From NCBI GenBank assembly GCA_937128595.1, contig CAKZMO010000729.1, positions 1 to 48,399 on the forward strand: a stretch of 48,399 bases of DNA, read 5' to 3'. Source of the DNA: an uncultured cyanobacterium. GTDB lineage: Bacteria > Cyanobacteriota > Cyanobacteriia > CAKZMO01. Positions 8,900 to 18,646 of the stretch are shown piece by piece. Both the position numbers and the translations under genes were made by a program. Below the pieces are notes generated by a model that was given only the letters and a program-made list of their open reading frames with translations, did no database searches and was not told the DNA's origin. Positions within the stretch are counted from its first letter, which is position 1. Each line of letters opens with the position of its first letter.

Positions 8900-9286
8900 T
8901 TAGATATGTTCTAGGTCAAGAATGGCGATCGCTTTTTCAACTAGCTCATCGGGATCAAAAGGTTTGGTCATATATAGATCAGCACCCACGTCTTGGCCTT
9001 TTTGCTTGTCAAATTCCTGGCCTTTCGCGGTCAACATAATAATGTAAATGTCAGATAGACGCAGATCGTGTTTAACCACGCTGCAAACTTCAAATCCATT
9101 CATCTGAGGCATCATCACATCAAGGAAAACAAGCTGCGGCAGTTCTGACTGAATGAGTTCCAGCGCCTCTTGACCATTTGAGGCTGTGATCAGTTCGACA
9201 TCCTGATCTTCCAAGTCTTCGAGGGTTTGCTCAATTAAAAGCCGAATGTGGGGCTCGTCATCGACAATCAGAATTTTTTTAGCCAT
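8900..9286 (-). CDS. Single-domain response regulator (REC)
   Basis: ILIVDDE, FLDVMMP, MLTAKG, TKPF. Confidence 0.95.
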   Translation of the reverse strand: MAKKILIVDDEPHIRLLIEQTLEDLEDQDVELITASNGQEALELIQSELPQLVFLDVMMPQMNGFEVCSVVKHDLRLSDIYIIMLTAKGQEFDKQKGQDVGADLYMTKPFDPDELVEKAIAILDLEHI

Positions 9287-9404
9287 TGGAACAAGCAGTT
9301 AAGTCTATTGGGTCTAGCGGGGCAGGGGTTTTTACCATTTAGTACTTTGCCGCTGCATGATAAAAGAATGACTCAGATGTATGGGTTATCGCGATTTCAC
9401 GTTG

Positions 9405-11117
9405 TCAATACTGTACTTCAAAGACTTCGATAGCTCGACGTTTTCCTTTTAAATTCAGCGTACCGATGGTCTTGAAGACGAACAGATGTCGAGTGGCCTC
9501 ATACACGTTGCGACTGACTAAAATTTGTCCCCCTTGGGCGATCGCCTGCAACCGTGAGGCCGTATTGACTTCGTCCCCAATGGCGGTGTAGTCAGTGTGT
9601 TGTGGAGAACCGATGTTGCCCACAATGACTCGACCTGCACTAATACCAATTCCGGTGTGAAAGTTTTCCCGAATCCACGCTAAAGGGAACGCTTGGATGC
9701 GCTGCTGCATGGCGATCGCCGTTTTAATCGCCTGCTGTTCTGATGCGGCCATTGGGGATGGCGCACCAAATAGCGCCACAATCATGTCCCCGACAAATTT
9801 GTTGACGGTACCTTCGTGAGTAAAGATGATGTCAACCATATGACTAAAGTATTCATTCAAATAGCCCACAATCAATTCCGGTTCCAGCCGTTCACAGTGA
9901 GCTGTGAAGTTTCGAATATCTGAAAACAGAATGGTGATGTTCTTACGCGTGGGAGCAAGGGAAATATCGTCTTTAGCCTCCAAAATCGCCTGGACAAGCT
10001 GAGCAGGCACATAGCGCTCCAGATTGCTCTTAACGCGGGCTTCCCGGATTTCTTTTTCGTGTAACAAAGCATTTTCGATCGCAGCGGCAGCTTGAGAGGC
10101 CAGAGCATTCAGCAGCTTCAAGTCTCCGGCACTATAGCTAGTAAGCTTTCCGCTGTTTGAGGAATTGCTGTTCGCCTGATCGCCATCCAAACAACTACAG
10201 CCCAAGACGATCATGCCCAGAACTCGTTCCTGAGTCTTCAAAGGCGCACAGACCAAGGCGTGATAGCCCTGCTCAACCTGATGACAGCGGCGATCGCCCT
10301 GCACGTCGTTGACGATCTCACCATTACCACTGCTGAACACGGTTCCCAAAACACCTTCTCCCGGTGCGATCGCTACCGTTACAGCAGCAGAGTCAGCGTC
10401 TGAATCATTGTTTGCCGATTGGGTTTTGCCTATAGCTGGAGTCGCTAGTCCAAAATGAGCGATCGCCTCAAACAGTTCAGCTTCAGTATTGGAGACAGGA
10501 ACCACGGTCGTTGAAACAGTTGTGGGAAAAGATGGCGGAATTTCTTTGTCACTCTTTGCACCAATCTGCGAGGAATCGGTAGCGATCGCTCTTGTCAGAG
10601 TCGCACCTGAGTCGCGACTTCGCTCTAGGTTCAAATCGGCAGTTTTGTTTGAGCTATTGTCAACTGAACGTGCCGTTGGACTCAGATCTTGACGGAGAAT
10701 GACCGCTCCCCGATCTCCCGGAATCAGCTTTTGGGCTTCGTCTAGAACGAGCGTTGCAACAGACTTCAAATCGAGTTGAGCGGTGATTTTTTCAGAAATA
10801 TCGTAGAGCAGAGAAATTTCTTTGTAACGATCCAAGGTTTCACGCGCGAGATGCTTTTGGTCAAGTTCTCGCTGAGCCAGCATTGATAACAGGTGGGCGA
10901 TCGCCTCAGCCTCCGGGTGACCAATAACCCAGCCCAAGCAAACTCCTTCGAGTTCAATCGCATATTGATTCGGCAACTGATCGGTCTTTTCCCCCAGCCC
11001 GATCTTTCCGCTCGTGTCTTGAACGCAAAACGGATGGGCGATCGCCCCACCTAGCTGTGCAAGGACAGCTTGAATATCTTTTTTGCGCAGAAGTCGTTTC
11101 AGACTGAGTTGAGCCAT
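9405..11117 (-). CDS. GAF-domain class III adenylate/guanylate cyclase (adenylate-type signature)
   Basis: ILFSDIRNFT, NKFVGD, DYTAIGDEVNTASRLQ, LKGK; GAF motifs IVNDV, CAPL. Confidence 0.93.
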   Translation of the reverse strand: MAQLSLKRLLRKKDIQAVLAQLGGAIAHPFCVQDTSGKIGLGEKTDQLPNQYAIELEGVCLGWVIGHPEAEAIAHLLSMLAQRELDQKHLARETLDRYKEISLLYDISEKITAQLDLKSVATLVLDEAQKLIPGDRGAVILRQDLSPTARSVDNSSNKTADLNLERSRDSGATLTRAIATDSSQIGAKSDKEIPPSFPTTVSTTVVPVSNTEAELFEAIAHFGLATPAIGKTQSANNDSDADSAAVTVAIAPGEGVLGTVFSSGNGEIVNDVQGDRRCHQVEQGYHALVCAPLKTQERVLGMIVLGCSCLDGDQANSNSSNSGKLTSYSAGDLKLLNALASQAAAAIENALLHEKEIREARVKSNLERYVPAQLVQAILEAKDDISLAPTRKNITILFSDIRNFTAHCERLEPELIVGYLNEYFSHMVDIIFTHEGTVNKFVGDMIVALFGAPSPMAASEQQAIKTAIAMQQRIQAFPLAWIRENFHTGIGISAGRVIVGNIGSPQHTDYTAIGDEVNTASRLQAIAQGGQILVSRNVYEATRHLFVFKTIGTLNLKGKRRAIEVFEVQY

Positions 11118-11250
11118 AGGGACAGATATGAGGGACTAGCAAAGAGTCTCAACGCTCTTATATCTTTGAGAGTTCCTCTTTTTGACAACAAATTGAACAA
11201 GACTCTGAGCGGAGTTTATCCAACCGTTGTCATCACTTATTTATTCGCCT

Positions 11251-13365
11251 TCAAGGAGTTCTAGATTGCTTCTGAGTAGAATGAAGGGCGCTCCAAATCC
11301 AGCCGAAAATGCCAGGAATCCAGAACAGCACCTTCTGCCAGTCTCGCAATGCCCAGTGTTGATGTCCGAGACCTTGACGGTAGGGCAACACGAAATACAG
11401 GGCTGCTGACAGGCTGAGCCCACGAGTTCCCCAGTTTTGAGTCGCCACGGCAAAGGGAATCAGCCAGGTGAAATACCAGCTATGAATAATCGGAGACAGA
11501 GCTAACAGTCCAATCAGATAAGACTCCAAAAAAACTAGAGCACTGGGAGCCCGCAACATCAGCCATCCAGTCCATGCGGCCAGTGGTAAAGCAAATAGCC
11601 AGTTTTCCAACTTCGATGCAGGCCAGAGCCGACCGACCAGCTCTGGAATCAAATCTGCGCTGCGCCCCCCGTAGACGTATCCTGATCCACCCGGAATCAA
11701 AGGGCACGCCCCGTCATGACAGTAAGGAAATGCCGTAACCAGTACAGGCAAGAGTCCCATCACCAATGCCAGGATCGCGATGCCCCAACCCAGTTTTCGC
11801 AGCGCTCGCCAGACGACAAAGACGAGGAGCGGCAGTGACAGCCATTTCAGTGCCATGCTGATTCCTGTCCAAAAGGCACTGACGAGATAGGTTCGAGCCG
11901 CAAAAGGAGACGTTAGCGGTCGGTCGAACGTCAGCCAAGCTAGAACTAAAGCCAATACAAACCAGCTATCGTAATGTCCCCCTCCAGCAAAGCAATACAA
12001 AATTAGAGGATTCCAAGCGTAGGTCAGCGTCATAACGTAGCCAAAACGTCGAGCTAAAAGATGACAAATGAACAAATCCGCCACCGCAATACTGACCTTG
12101 AATAGCCATACGCTAGGAGCGATCGCCGCCAGTCCGTGAAAAATCCACTGGGTCAACGGCGGGTAAATCGCTGACACATTCGAACGGTTGATCAAAGGCC
12201 ACCAATCCGTTCGCAGAGGCTCAAGCACAGGATCGATAGGGGCGTAATCGTAAGGACTAAACCCCTGCGTCTGAATCAGCCCTTCCCAGAGATAGCGCCA
12301 AATATCGTCGCCTGGAGCCATCCCAAGCAGCAGCACTCGACTACTGAGGGCGATCGCCCAAAACCAAAGTCCTCCCAAGCTCGCAATTCGCCAAGAGAGA
12401 ATGAATCCCAGACCCATGACTCCATAGCCGCACCAAAACGGGAGTAGTACTCCCTTTTGCTGAAAATCTCCGTGGGGAATCAAAATGATGCAGCCCAGCA
12501 CAATCAGAAGGCCGCTGATAAGTGAGAGTCGAGAGTTAGGAGCCCGGAGCAAAGAAAGAGAATGGAGAATCCTAGAACGAGTTTTTTGCCCGTAGAGCAT
12601 TCCGAGGGTCGAGAGAATGATGACTCCAGCTTGGAGACTGCCCCGCAACGTTCCCGAAATCTTGGATTGCCCTCCCTGTCGTGGAAAGTAAGCCACCGGA
12701 ATTTCTCGAATACACAGCCCGTGTTCAACTGCCCGCACCTGCATTTCGACCGTCCAGCCAAAACCGCGATCGCCCATCCTAAAACTTTCTAGCGACGACC
12801 GACGAATGACACGCAGAGGACCGAGATCATCGTAGCGATAGCCCCATCCCCAGTGGATCAGCTTGGTAGCGAGAGCATTTCCGAACTTCTGAATCAGCGT
12901 CAAGGCTGCTCTTCCTTCAGCCGTGGATCGGCGATCGCCTAATACCAAATCTGCCTCTTCACCCGTCTGCAGTTCCTCATCTTCTGTCCTAGTCGATTCA
13001 GAGCAGTCAGGCCCAAGCCAACTAGAGCTAGGCGGATTAGAACCCGCACAAAGTCTCAGCATCTGTGGCAATGCAGACAAATCATCGCTGCCATCGCCGT
13101 CACAAAAGATGATCCACTCGATGTCAGGCGGAAGAGACTGCATCCCAGTCCAGCAAGCCTGTCCGTAGCCTCGACGAGATTCTTGCAGAACCTCAGCACC
13201 AGCCGCGATCGCCCGCTCGACACTGTCGTCTGTGCTGCCGTTATCGATGACTCGAATGTGAGCAATACCCAACTCTTGCAGCGATTTGACAACAGCGGTA
13301 ATGGTTGTCGCTTCGTTGTAGACCGGAATTAAAGCACAAGCCAAATTGAGATTTAGAGATGTCAT
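11251..13365 (-). CDS. Fused GT2 (polyprenol-phosphate sugar synthase-like) and GT-C/GT87-like membrane glycosyltransferase
   Basis: N-term LIPVYNE, IDNGSTD, RGYGQA, DGDGSD, GWTVEMQ, SKISGT; C-term DDIWRYLWEG, IYPP, YAWNPL, GGHYDS. Confidence 0.88.
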   Translation of the reverse strand: MTSLNLNLACALIPVYNEATTITAVVKSLQELGIAHIRVIDNGSTDDSVERAIAAGAEVLQESRRGYGQACWTGMQSLPPDIEWIIFCDGDGSDDLSALPQMLRLCAGSNPPSSSWLGPDCSESTRTEDEELQTGEEADLVLGDRRSTAEGRAALTLIQKFGNALATKLIHWGWGYRYDDLGPLRVIRRSSLESFRMGDRGFGWTVEMQVRAVEHGLCIREIPVAYFPRQGGQSKISGTLRGSLQAGVIILSTLGMLYGQKTRSRILHSLSLLRAPNSRLSLISGLLIVLGCIILIPHGDFQQKGVLLPFWCGYGVMGLGFILSWRIASLGGLWFWAIALSSRVLLLGMAPGDDIWRYLWEGLIQTQGFSPYDYAPIDPVLEPLRTDWWPLINRSNVSAIYPPLTQWIFHGLAAIAPSVWLFKVSIAVADLFICHLLARRFGYVMTLTYAWNPLILYCFAGGGHYDSWFVLALVLAWLTFDRPLTSPFAARTYLVSAFWTGISMALKWLSLPLLVFVVWRALRKLGWGIAILALVMGLLPVLVTAFPYCHDGACPLIPGGSGYVYGGRSADLIPELVGRLWPASKLENWLFALPLAAWTGWLMLRAPSALVFLESYLIGLLALSPIIHSWYFTWLIPFAVATQNWGTRGLSLSAALYFVLPYRQGLGHQHWALRDWQKVLFWIPGIFGWIWSALHSTQKQSRTP

Positions 13366-13587
13366 GAATGCTGGAATACCACATTCAAAAAGACTCTGAA
13401 TGAGATTTTGGCAAGAATTATCTTTATTTTTTTAGGACTTCATAACCATAGACGGAATAAACACAGATGTGCGGATGGGGAGATCGCGTTAGAGTATTGC
13501 GTAATTGTGATGTATGCCCAAGGGTGTTCTCTCATCTGCGTCATCCGAATTTGAATTCATTTGCTCTTCAGTGGTTTTCCAACGCCT

Positions 13588-14535
13588 ATGGTTGCTCCTT
13601 TCAAACACGGCTCTCTCTTCCGTTTTTCCTCCTTACGGGCGATCGCTATAGGAACGCTTGCTTCGCTGTGCAGCACAGCCATTGGAGCTGTGACGATGAC
13701 AGCAGAAGCCCTGGAGGTGGAGATTTACCCTCCTAACCCGCAACAGGGAGATACACTGTCCGTTCGCATTCAAACTGATACGCTGTCGCCAGAAGCCGTC
13801 AGCGTCAATATGAACAACCGCACCTATCCGGTTTATCCGAGTGCAAACAGCAACGGCTCAGTCGAAAATGCCACTGTCGCCCCCGGAACGCTCCAGCAGT
13901 TTCAGACACTCCTTCCCACGACGCCTCTCGACCCCCCTGGACAAGTCACCATTCAAGTGAGCGATGGCGAAGACGTTCGCAACATGGCGGTCTGGTTGCG
14001 CGATCGCTCTTTCCCAACCCAACGCATTACAATCCGAGGTGGCGGTTCTGGTCTCACCGAAATAGAAGCAGCCCGCGTTCAAGCGTTCAAGGAAATCGTG
14101 ACCCCTCAACGATTTTGGAATGGCCCTATGATCCGTCCAACCTCGGGACGAGTCAGCACCATCTTTGGCGTGCAGCGCTACTACAACGGCGTTTTCGCCA
14201 ATGACTATTATCATCGTGGAGTTGACTACGCCACAGGTACGGGCACGCCCGTTGTGGCTCCGGCAGCCGGACGCATTGCTTTAGTGGGGTACGAGTCTCA
14301 GGGATTTCGCGTTCATGGCAACACCGTCGGCATCGATCATGGTCAAGGCGTTCTCAGTATCTTCATTCATCTGAATGGAGTTGACGTACGAGAGGGAGAC
14401 TTTGTTCAAGCTGGGCAGCGAGTGGGTTCCGTCGGGTCAACAGGCAGCTCGACCGGGCCACACCTCCACTGGGGAATCTATGTTCATGGCATGGCTGTCG
14501 ATCCCGTACCTTGGAGATACGATGGGATTCAATGA
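13588..14535 (+). CDS. M23 family metallopeptidase
   Basis: HRGVD and HLH zinc ligands, GSTGSSTGPHLHW; signal-like N-terminus. Confidence 0.93.
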   Translation: MVAPFKHGSLFRFSSLRAIAIGTLASLCSTAIGAVTMTAEALEVEIYPPNPQQGDTLSVRIQTDTLSPEAVSVNMNNRTYPVYPSANSNGSVENATVAPGTLQQFQTLLPTTPLDPPGQVTIQVSDGEDVRNMAVWLRDRSFPTQRITIRGGGSGLTEIEAARVQAFKEIVTPQRFWNGPMIRPTSGRVSTIFGVQRYYNGVFANDYYHRGVDYATGTGTPVVAPAAGRIALVGYESQGFRVHGNTVGIDHGQGVLSIFIHLNGVDVREGDFVQAGQRVGSVGSTGSSTGPHLHWGIYVHGMAVDPVPWRYDGIQ

Positions 14536-14700
14536 TTGCGAATGATTGCGGAAAGAGTCTTTGCATTTTCTATTCCAAAGTCTCACTCTTTCTTGATAAT
14601 CTTCCAGTGAATTCAATCGGATCATGGGAACAATAGTGTCAGACTAATCGATCCCCGTTTATCAACTAACAACGAACGGCGCTTTGGAGTAGAGACCGCT

Positions 14701-15279
14701 ATGAGTATCGAAAAAATTGTGGATCAAGCGCTGCAGGATGGCTACCTGACCCCGGCAATGGAAGCTGAGGTGGGACGTATCTGTGACACCGCTGCAGAAC
14801 TCTCGATTGACGAATACATGGCACTTGATCGACTCATGGGTGCGCTCCTGACCGGAGAAGTCGTAGCTGTGCCTCGCAAGCAGTTTATCAATGTGATGGA
14901 AGAGCTGGCACTGACTGAAGCTATCTCCAGAGTGGCCGAAATTGAATCCACCACCGATATGACGATGGACTTAGGCGACATTGCAGCCTATGCCCTCAAT
15001 CGACTACCGCCTATGTACGCGACGACGGAAGAAGGCGCGGTCTATCAGCGGAGTCGAGCAAAGGAAGGACTTCAAGAACTGATTGCAGAAAAAGTGGATG
15101 AGGCGATCGCCCGCAATTTGGACAATCCTGACTTCTTCCCAGAGCGACAAGCCATTCGATCTAGTCAGAAAGATGACGTGTTAGACCAGGTTAGCGCTCT
15201 ACTCCAAACCTGTGCGCATAAATTTGAAATCAATTCTGCGGGTGACGCTGGAGAGGCGAAGGCGACAACCGTCAACTGA
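14701..15279 (+). CDS. ComFB-domain protein (CdgR-like putative cyclic-dinucleotide receptor)
   Basis: INVMEE...DIAAYALNRLPPMYAT ComFB signature preceded by a short helical domain. Confidence 0.85.
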   Translation: MSIEKIVDQALQDGYLTPAMEAEVGRICDTAAELSIDEYMALDRLMGALLTGEVVAVPRKQFINVMEELALTEAISRVAEIESTTDMTMDLGDIAAYALNRLPPMYATTEEGAVYQRSRAKEGLQELIAEKVDEAIARNLDNPDFFPERQAIRSSQKDDVLDQVSALLQTCAHKFEINSAGDAGEAKATTVN

Positions 15280-15327
15280 TACGTCAATCATCACGCTTGA
15301 GGCGTTCGATGATTGTTTCATCAATTT

Positions 15328-15363
15328 AGCGGTGTGGATCATGATGTATCCACACCGCTTTTT
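15328..15363 (+). terminator. Intrinsic terminator after the ComFB-domain gene
   Basis: AGCGGTGTGGAT-N8-ATCCACACCGCT followed by a T run. Confidence 0.8.
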
Positions 15364-15381
15364 CGTATCAAAAAAACCCAA

Positions 15382-15411
15382 GAAAAAGCCCGACAACCGG
15401 GGTCAAGGGCT
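15382..15411 (-). terminator. Intrinsic terminator, minus strand
   Basis: Minus strand AGCCCTTGAC..GTCGGGCT followed by TTTTCTT and a second T tract. Confidence 0.6.
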
Positions 15412-15562
15412 GCGGGGCAGAGAACAGTTAAACGCTTAAAAATATCATCTCTAACGACGCAGGGATACCGTACCTTTTATGTGCCGCTTTCCTGATCGTC
15501 TGTTTTCCTGATTGGCGGTAGAAAATTCGGCACTGCGTATTTGATGAACTTTTTTCCAACAG
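15382..15562 (-). ncRNA. Candidate structured small RNA or long 3' UTR
   Basis: TAGAAT -10-like box at 15574-15569, nested helices ACGCAG/CTGCGT and GTGCCG/CGGCAC, ATCAGGAAA x2, terminator at the 3' end. Confidence 0.35.
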
Positions 15563-15647
15563 CACTATATTCTAGTGCTTATATCGGCCTCTTTTGCGTC
15601 ACCCTACGAGTCAGAACTCTGCTGAGCCTCGTCAACGCTTTCTTTGT

Positions 15648-16211
15648 TCACATTCCGTCTATTGCATCATCGTCAATTAGCTGACGAACCTGGGCGATCG
15701 CCTCTGACACTGTTCGAACTTGATACAGGCGTGGCAATAAGGAACTGGGAGTTTCTGGCGATCGCCCTCCCTCATTTTCCCCATTGCTTTCCAAGCAGCG
15801 AAAAAAGAACTGAGCAGATAGATCGTCCTCACCCACTAAGATTACAGGTCTACCAATCTTAAGCGCCAGTGCCACTTCAGAAGCGGTTCCAAGTCCTATG
15901 CCGCAGGCAATGACAACTTCGCTAGATAACACATTCATCACATTGCGAGCATGACCCATTCCTGTGAAAACCACGAGATCGACTGAATCAGATACTTCAT
16001 TCTGAGATGATCCTGGCAACAGTCCTAGTGTCAATCCTCCCGCTGCTTTTGCGCCTCGATTTGCAGCATCCATTACCCCTTCGTTGCGGCCTCCGGTCAG
16101 CAAAACCCATCCTGCCCTTGCAATATGCTGACCTAGCTCAAATGCGCGATCGCACTCTCGAGGCAGCGCTCCTTTCCCTGATCCCATCACTCCGATGATT
16201 CGCTTTTTCAT
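15648..16211 (-). CDS. TIGR00725 / SLOG (LOG-like) family protein
   Basis: IIGVMGSG, LTGG..GVMDAA..GA, TGMGHARN, GTASEVALA. Confidence 0.9.
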   Translation of the reverse strand: MKKRIIGVMGSGKGALPRECDRAFELGQHIARAGWVLLTGGRNEGVMDAANRGAKAAGGLTLGLLPGSSQNEVSDSVDLVVFTGMGHARNVMNVLSSEVVIACGIGLGTASEVALALKIGRPVILVGEDDLSAQFFFRCLESNGENEGGRSPETPSSLLPRLYQVRTVSEAIAQVRQLIDDDAIDGM

Positions 16212-16241
16212 CTACAATTCGGCCTTTTTGGTGTCACTTCA

Positions 16242-18422
16242 TCAAGACATCAACCCTGGCAAATTGTTAATCACTAGCTGCAACATCCGTAACCACTGAC
16301 TCACTTTAAAAATTTGGTCATTGATGTCTACATAAGCATCGACTAACTCAGTCGTACTCCATTCCATAGAGGAATCGTAAAGGCCATATCGGTAGTCTTG
16401 AACTTCTGAGTCCAGCCGCAGGACATCGGCTCGCAGTCGCTGTGCAAGCAGCACAGCATCTCGAAACCCTTCCAAGTCTTCGACGGGTTGGATCGTCCGG
16501 TTAGATTGCCTCAGACGCTCAAGGCGCGTCTCAAACTGTGACAAATAACGATCGAAGCGACGTAGAATTTCATCGACATCAGAAAGACGCTGTTCGACAT
16601 CGCCCGAATTAAAGCTCAGGCTGGCGCTGAGTTCCCTTTCAAACCGTGCGCCCCTGCTAACTAGCGCCGACTGAAGAGCTTCGCTAACACCCAGATTGGC
16701 TCCAAAGATCGCGTGTCTGACCTGCACATGGTCGAGCTGAGCAAGCCGCAGATCGGCTCGTCGGAGGTTGGCTTCCCTCAGGTTTGCGTCTTCGAGATTA
16801 GTGCTTCTCAAATCCGCATCTTGCAAAGAAGCGCTGACAAACTGGGCGCGCCGACAACAGACTAGACGGAGATCGGCGTGATGCAATCCAGCAGAGTAGA
16901 AGTTTGTTTCTGTGCAGTCTGCTCCGTTCAAAAAAGCTCCCTTAAGGTAAGCGTTTGTAAAATTTGCTGAGGTTAGAGACGCATTGCTCAAATCCGCGCG
17001 AGGCATTATGGCATTGCAGAAACTGGCGCGGTGGGCGTCTGCATTACTCAAGTCAGCACGACGCAGTTCAACTCGATCGAAATTAGTATCGTGCAAACTA
17101 GCTCGACTCAGATTAGCTCGATCGAGGTGAGCTTCGCTGAAATTGGTACGGTGGGCGATCGCTCCATCTAAATTACAGCCAATTAGGTTGGCATGACTGA
17201 AGTTGCTGTCGCTCAACGTTGCACCTAGTAAGCTCGCACGAGCAAAGTCGGTTTGGATAAGGCAAGCATTCGTCAATATTGCATTACCAAAATCGCTCCC
17301 ACTCAACTCTGTGCGATAGAAATTGCATTCATGCAGAGTTGCACCCCGAGCATCGACACGGCGCATCACCGCACCTTGGAGACTCGCACCTTCGAGGCGA
17401 GAAAAGCGGAGATCAGCCCCAATACATTGGCTTCCTATAAGGTTTGCTCGATTCAGCTTTGCCCCCAACAAACTAGCCGCAGACAAGTCGGCATGACTTA
17501 AGTCTACACAAGGCATCTGAGCTGCATTGAGATTAGCGCGTCGAAGATTAGCTCCTTCGAGATTTGCTGAGCTGAGGCGCGATCGCCGTAAAAAAGCTCC
17601 CCTCAGATCGGCTCCGACGAGCTGTGCCTGACACAGATCTGCTCCGAGTAAATTCGCACCGTGAAGTCGAGTGCCGTTTAAACTCGCGTCTCTGAGATCG
17701 GCCTCTGTCAAATCCGCTCCACCCAAATTAGCCTGCGACAGGTTCGCCCCCTTCATTCGGGCTGCCACGAGACTAGAACCCATTAGATTAACACCGCTGA
17801 GATCAACAAACTGGAGATCGGCTTCTTGCAAGATAACTCGATTGAGATTGGCTCCCTGAAACTTTACTTCTGCTAGCCGCGCCCCTTTGAGTGTGGCATT
17901 ACTTAAATCCGCTTCTTCAAAAGTTGCGCCTCTCAAATCAGCATCGATCAAGTTGGCTCGATGCAGCTCCGCTTTCCGAAAGTTGGCTCGACCTAAGCGA
18001 GCTAGGTTGAGCCGAGTGCCGCTGAGTTCTGCTTCGGTGAGATCGGCACCGTCGAGATTAACGGCGGTCAAATCAGCATCCTTCAGCAAAGAAGCCTTGA
18101 GACAAGCTTCTCGAAAGTCGGCATTTTCCAGATTGCTGCCCCTCAAGTCTGCTCGTGCAAGATTTGCCCGAAAAAAGTTAGCGCCACTGAGATTGGCACC
18201 CCAAAGAATCACGCCCTCTAGGTTGATGCAGGAGACGTCCAATCCGCTCAAGTTGATGCCTGAGAGGTTGACGCCAGCAAAATTTCCGTCTAAGCAAATT
18301 CGCGTTCTCTCTGCGAGTATTTCATCAATACTTGCTTGTGCATCATCACTAAAACTTGAACCGCCGCGCGGCCTTATCTCAAGAAATTCAACAATTTTCC
18401 GCAAAGCGTCTTGACTTGCCAT
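16242..18422 (-). CDS. Very long pentapeptide-repeat protein with C-terminal helical domain
   Basis: Continuous A(D/N)Lxx repeats over about residues 45-575, then a helical/coiled-coil-like tail. Confidence 0.93.
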   Translation of the reverse strand: MASQDALRKIVEFLEIRPRGGSSFSDDAQASIDEILAERTRICLDGNFAGVNLSGINLSGLDVSCINLEGVILWGANLSGANFFRANLARADLRGSNLENADFREACLKASLLKDADLTAVNLDGADLTEAELSGTRLNLARLGRANFRKAELHRANLIDADLRGATFEEADLSNATLKGARLAEVKFQGANLNRVILQEADLQFVDLSGVNLMGSSLVAARMKGANLSQANLGGADLTEADLRDASLNGTRLHGANLLGADLCQAQLVGADLRGAFLRRSRLSSANLEGANLRRANLNAAQMPCVDLSHADLSAASLLGAKLNRANLIGSQCIGADLRFSRLEGASLQGAVMRRVDARGATLHECNFYRTELSGSDFGNAILTNACLIQTDFARASLLGATLSDSNFSHANLIGCNLDGAIAHRTNFSEAHLDRANLSRASLHDTNFDRVELRRADLSNADAHRASFCNAIMPRADLSNASLTSANFTNAYLKGAFLNGADCTETNFYSAGLHHADLRLVCCRRAQFVSASLQDADLRSTNLEDANLREANLRRADLRLAQLDHVQVRHAIFGANLGVSEALQSALVSRGARFERELSASLSFNSGDVEQRLSDVDEILRRFDRYLSQFETRLERLRQSNRTIQPVEDLEGFRDAVLLAQRLRADVLRLDSEVQDYRYGLYDSSMEWSTTELVDAYVDINDQIFKVSQWLRMLQLVINNLPGLMS

Positions 18423-18646
18423 GCTGAGATCCTCCGCCTTCAGTCGCCCTGATCAACCCATCCGATAGCTAAAATTAATCAACGTCATGAAAATTATTTG
18501 TGCATATTATATGACAAAAAAAATGCTGATTTAGCACAAGATTTATTCTTTTTTTGAAAAAGGAACAAGCATACACGGCCATCTGCATCTTTTGTGCGCA
18601 AAATTTGTGTATATAATGAGCTTAAAATACTCAAAAGGTAAAGATC

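Noticed and set aside
17887-18414. 175-aa plus-strand ORF and similar antisense ORFs (e.g. 1354-1992, 40958-41596)
   Set aside because: Shadows of well-supported genes on the opposite strand, with no recognisable motifs.
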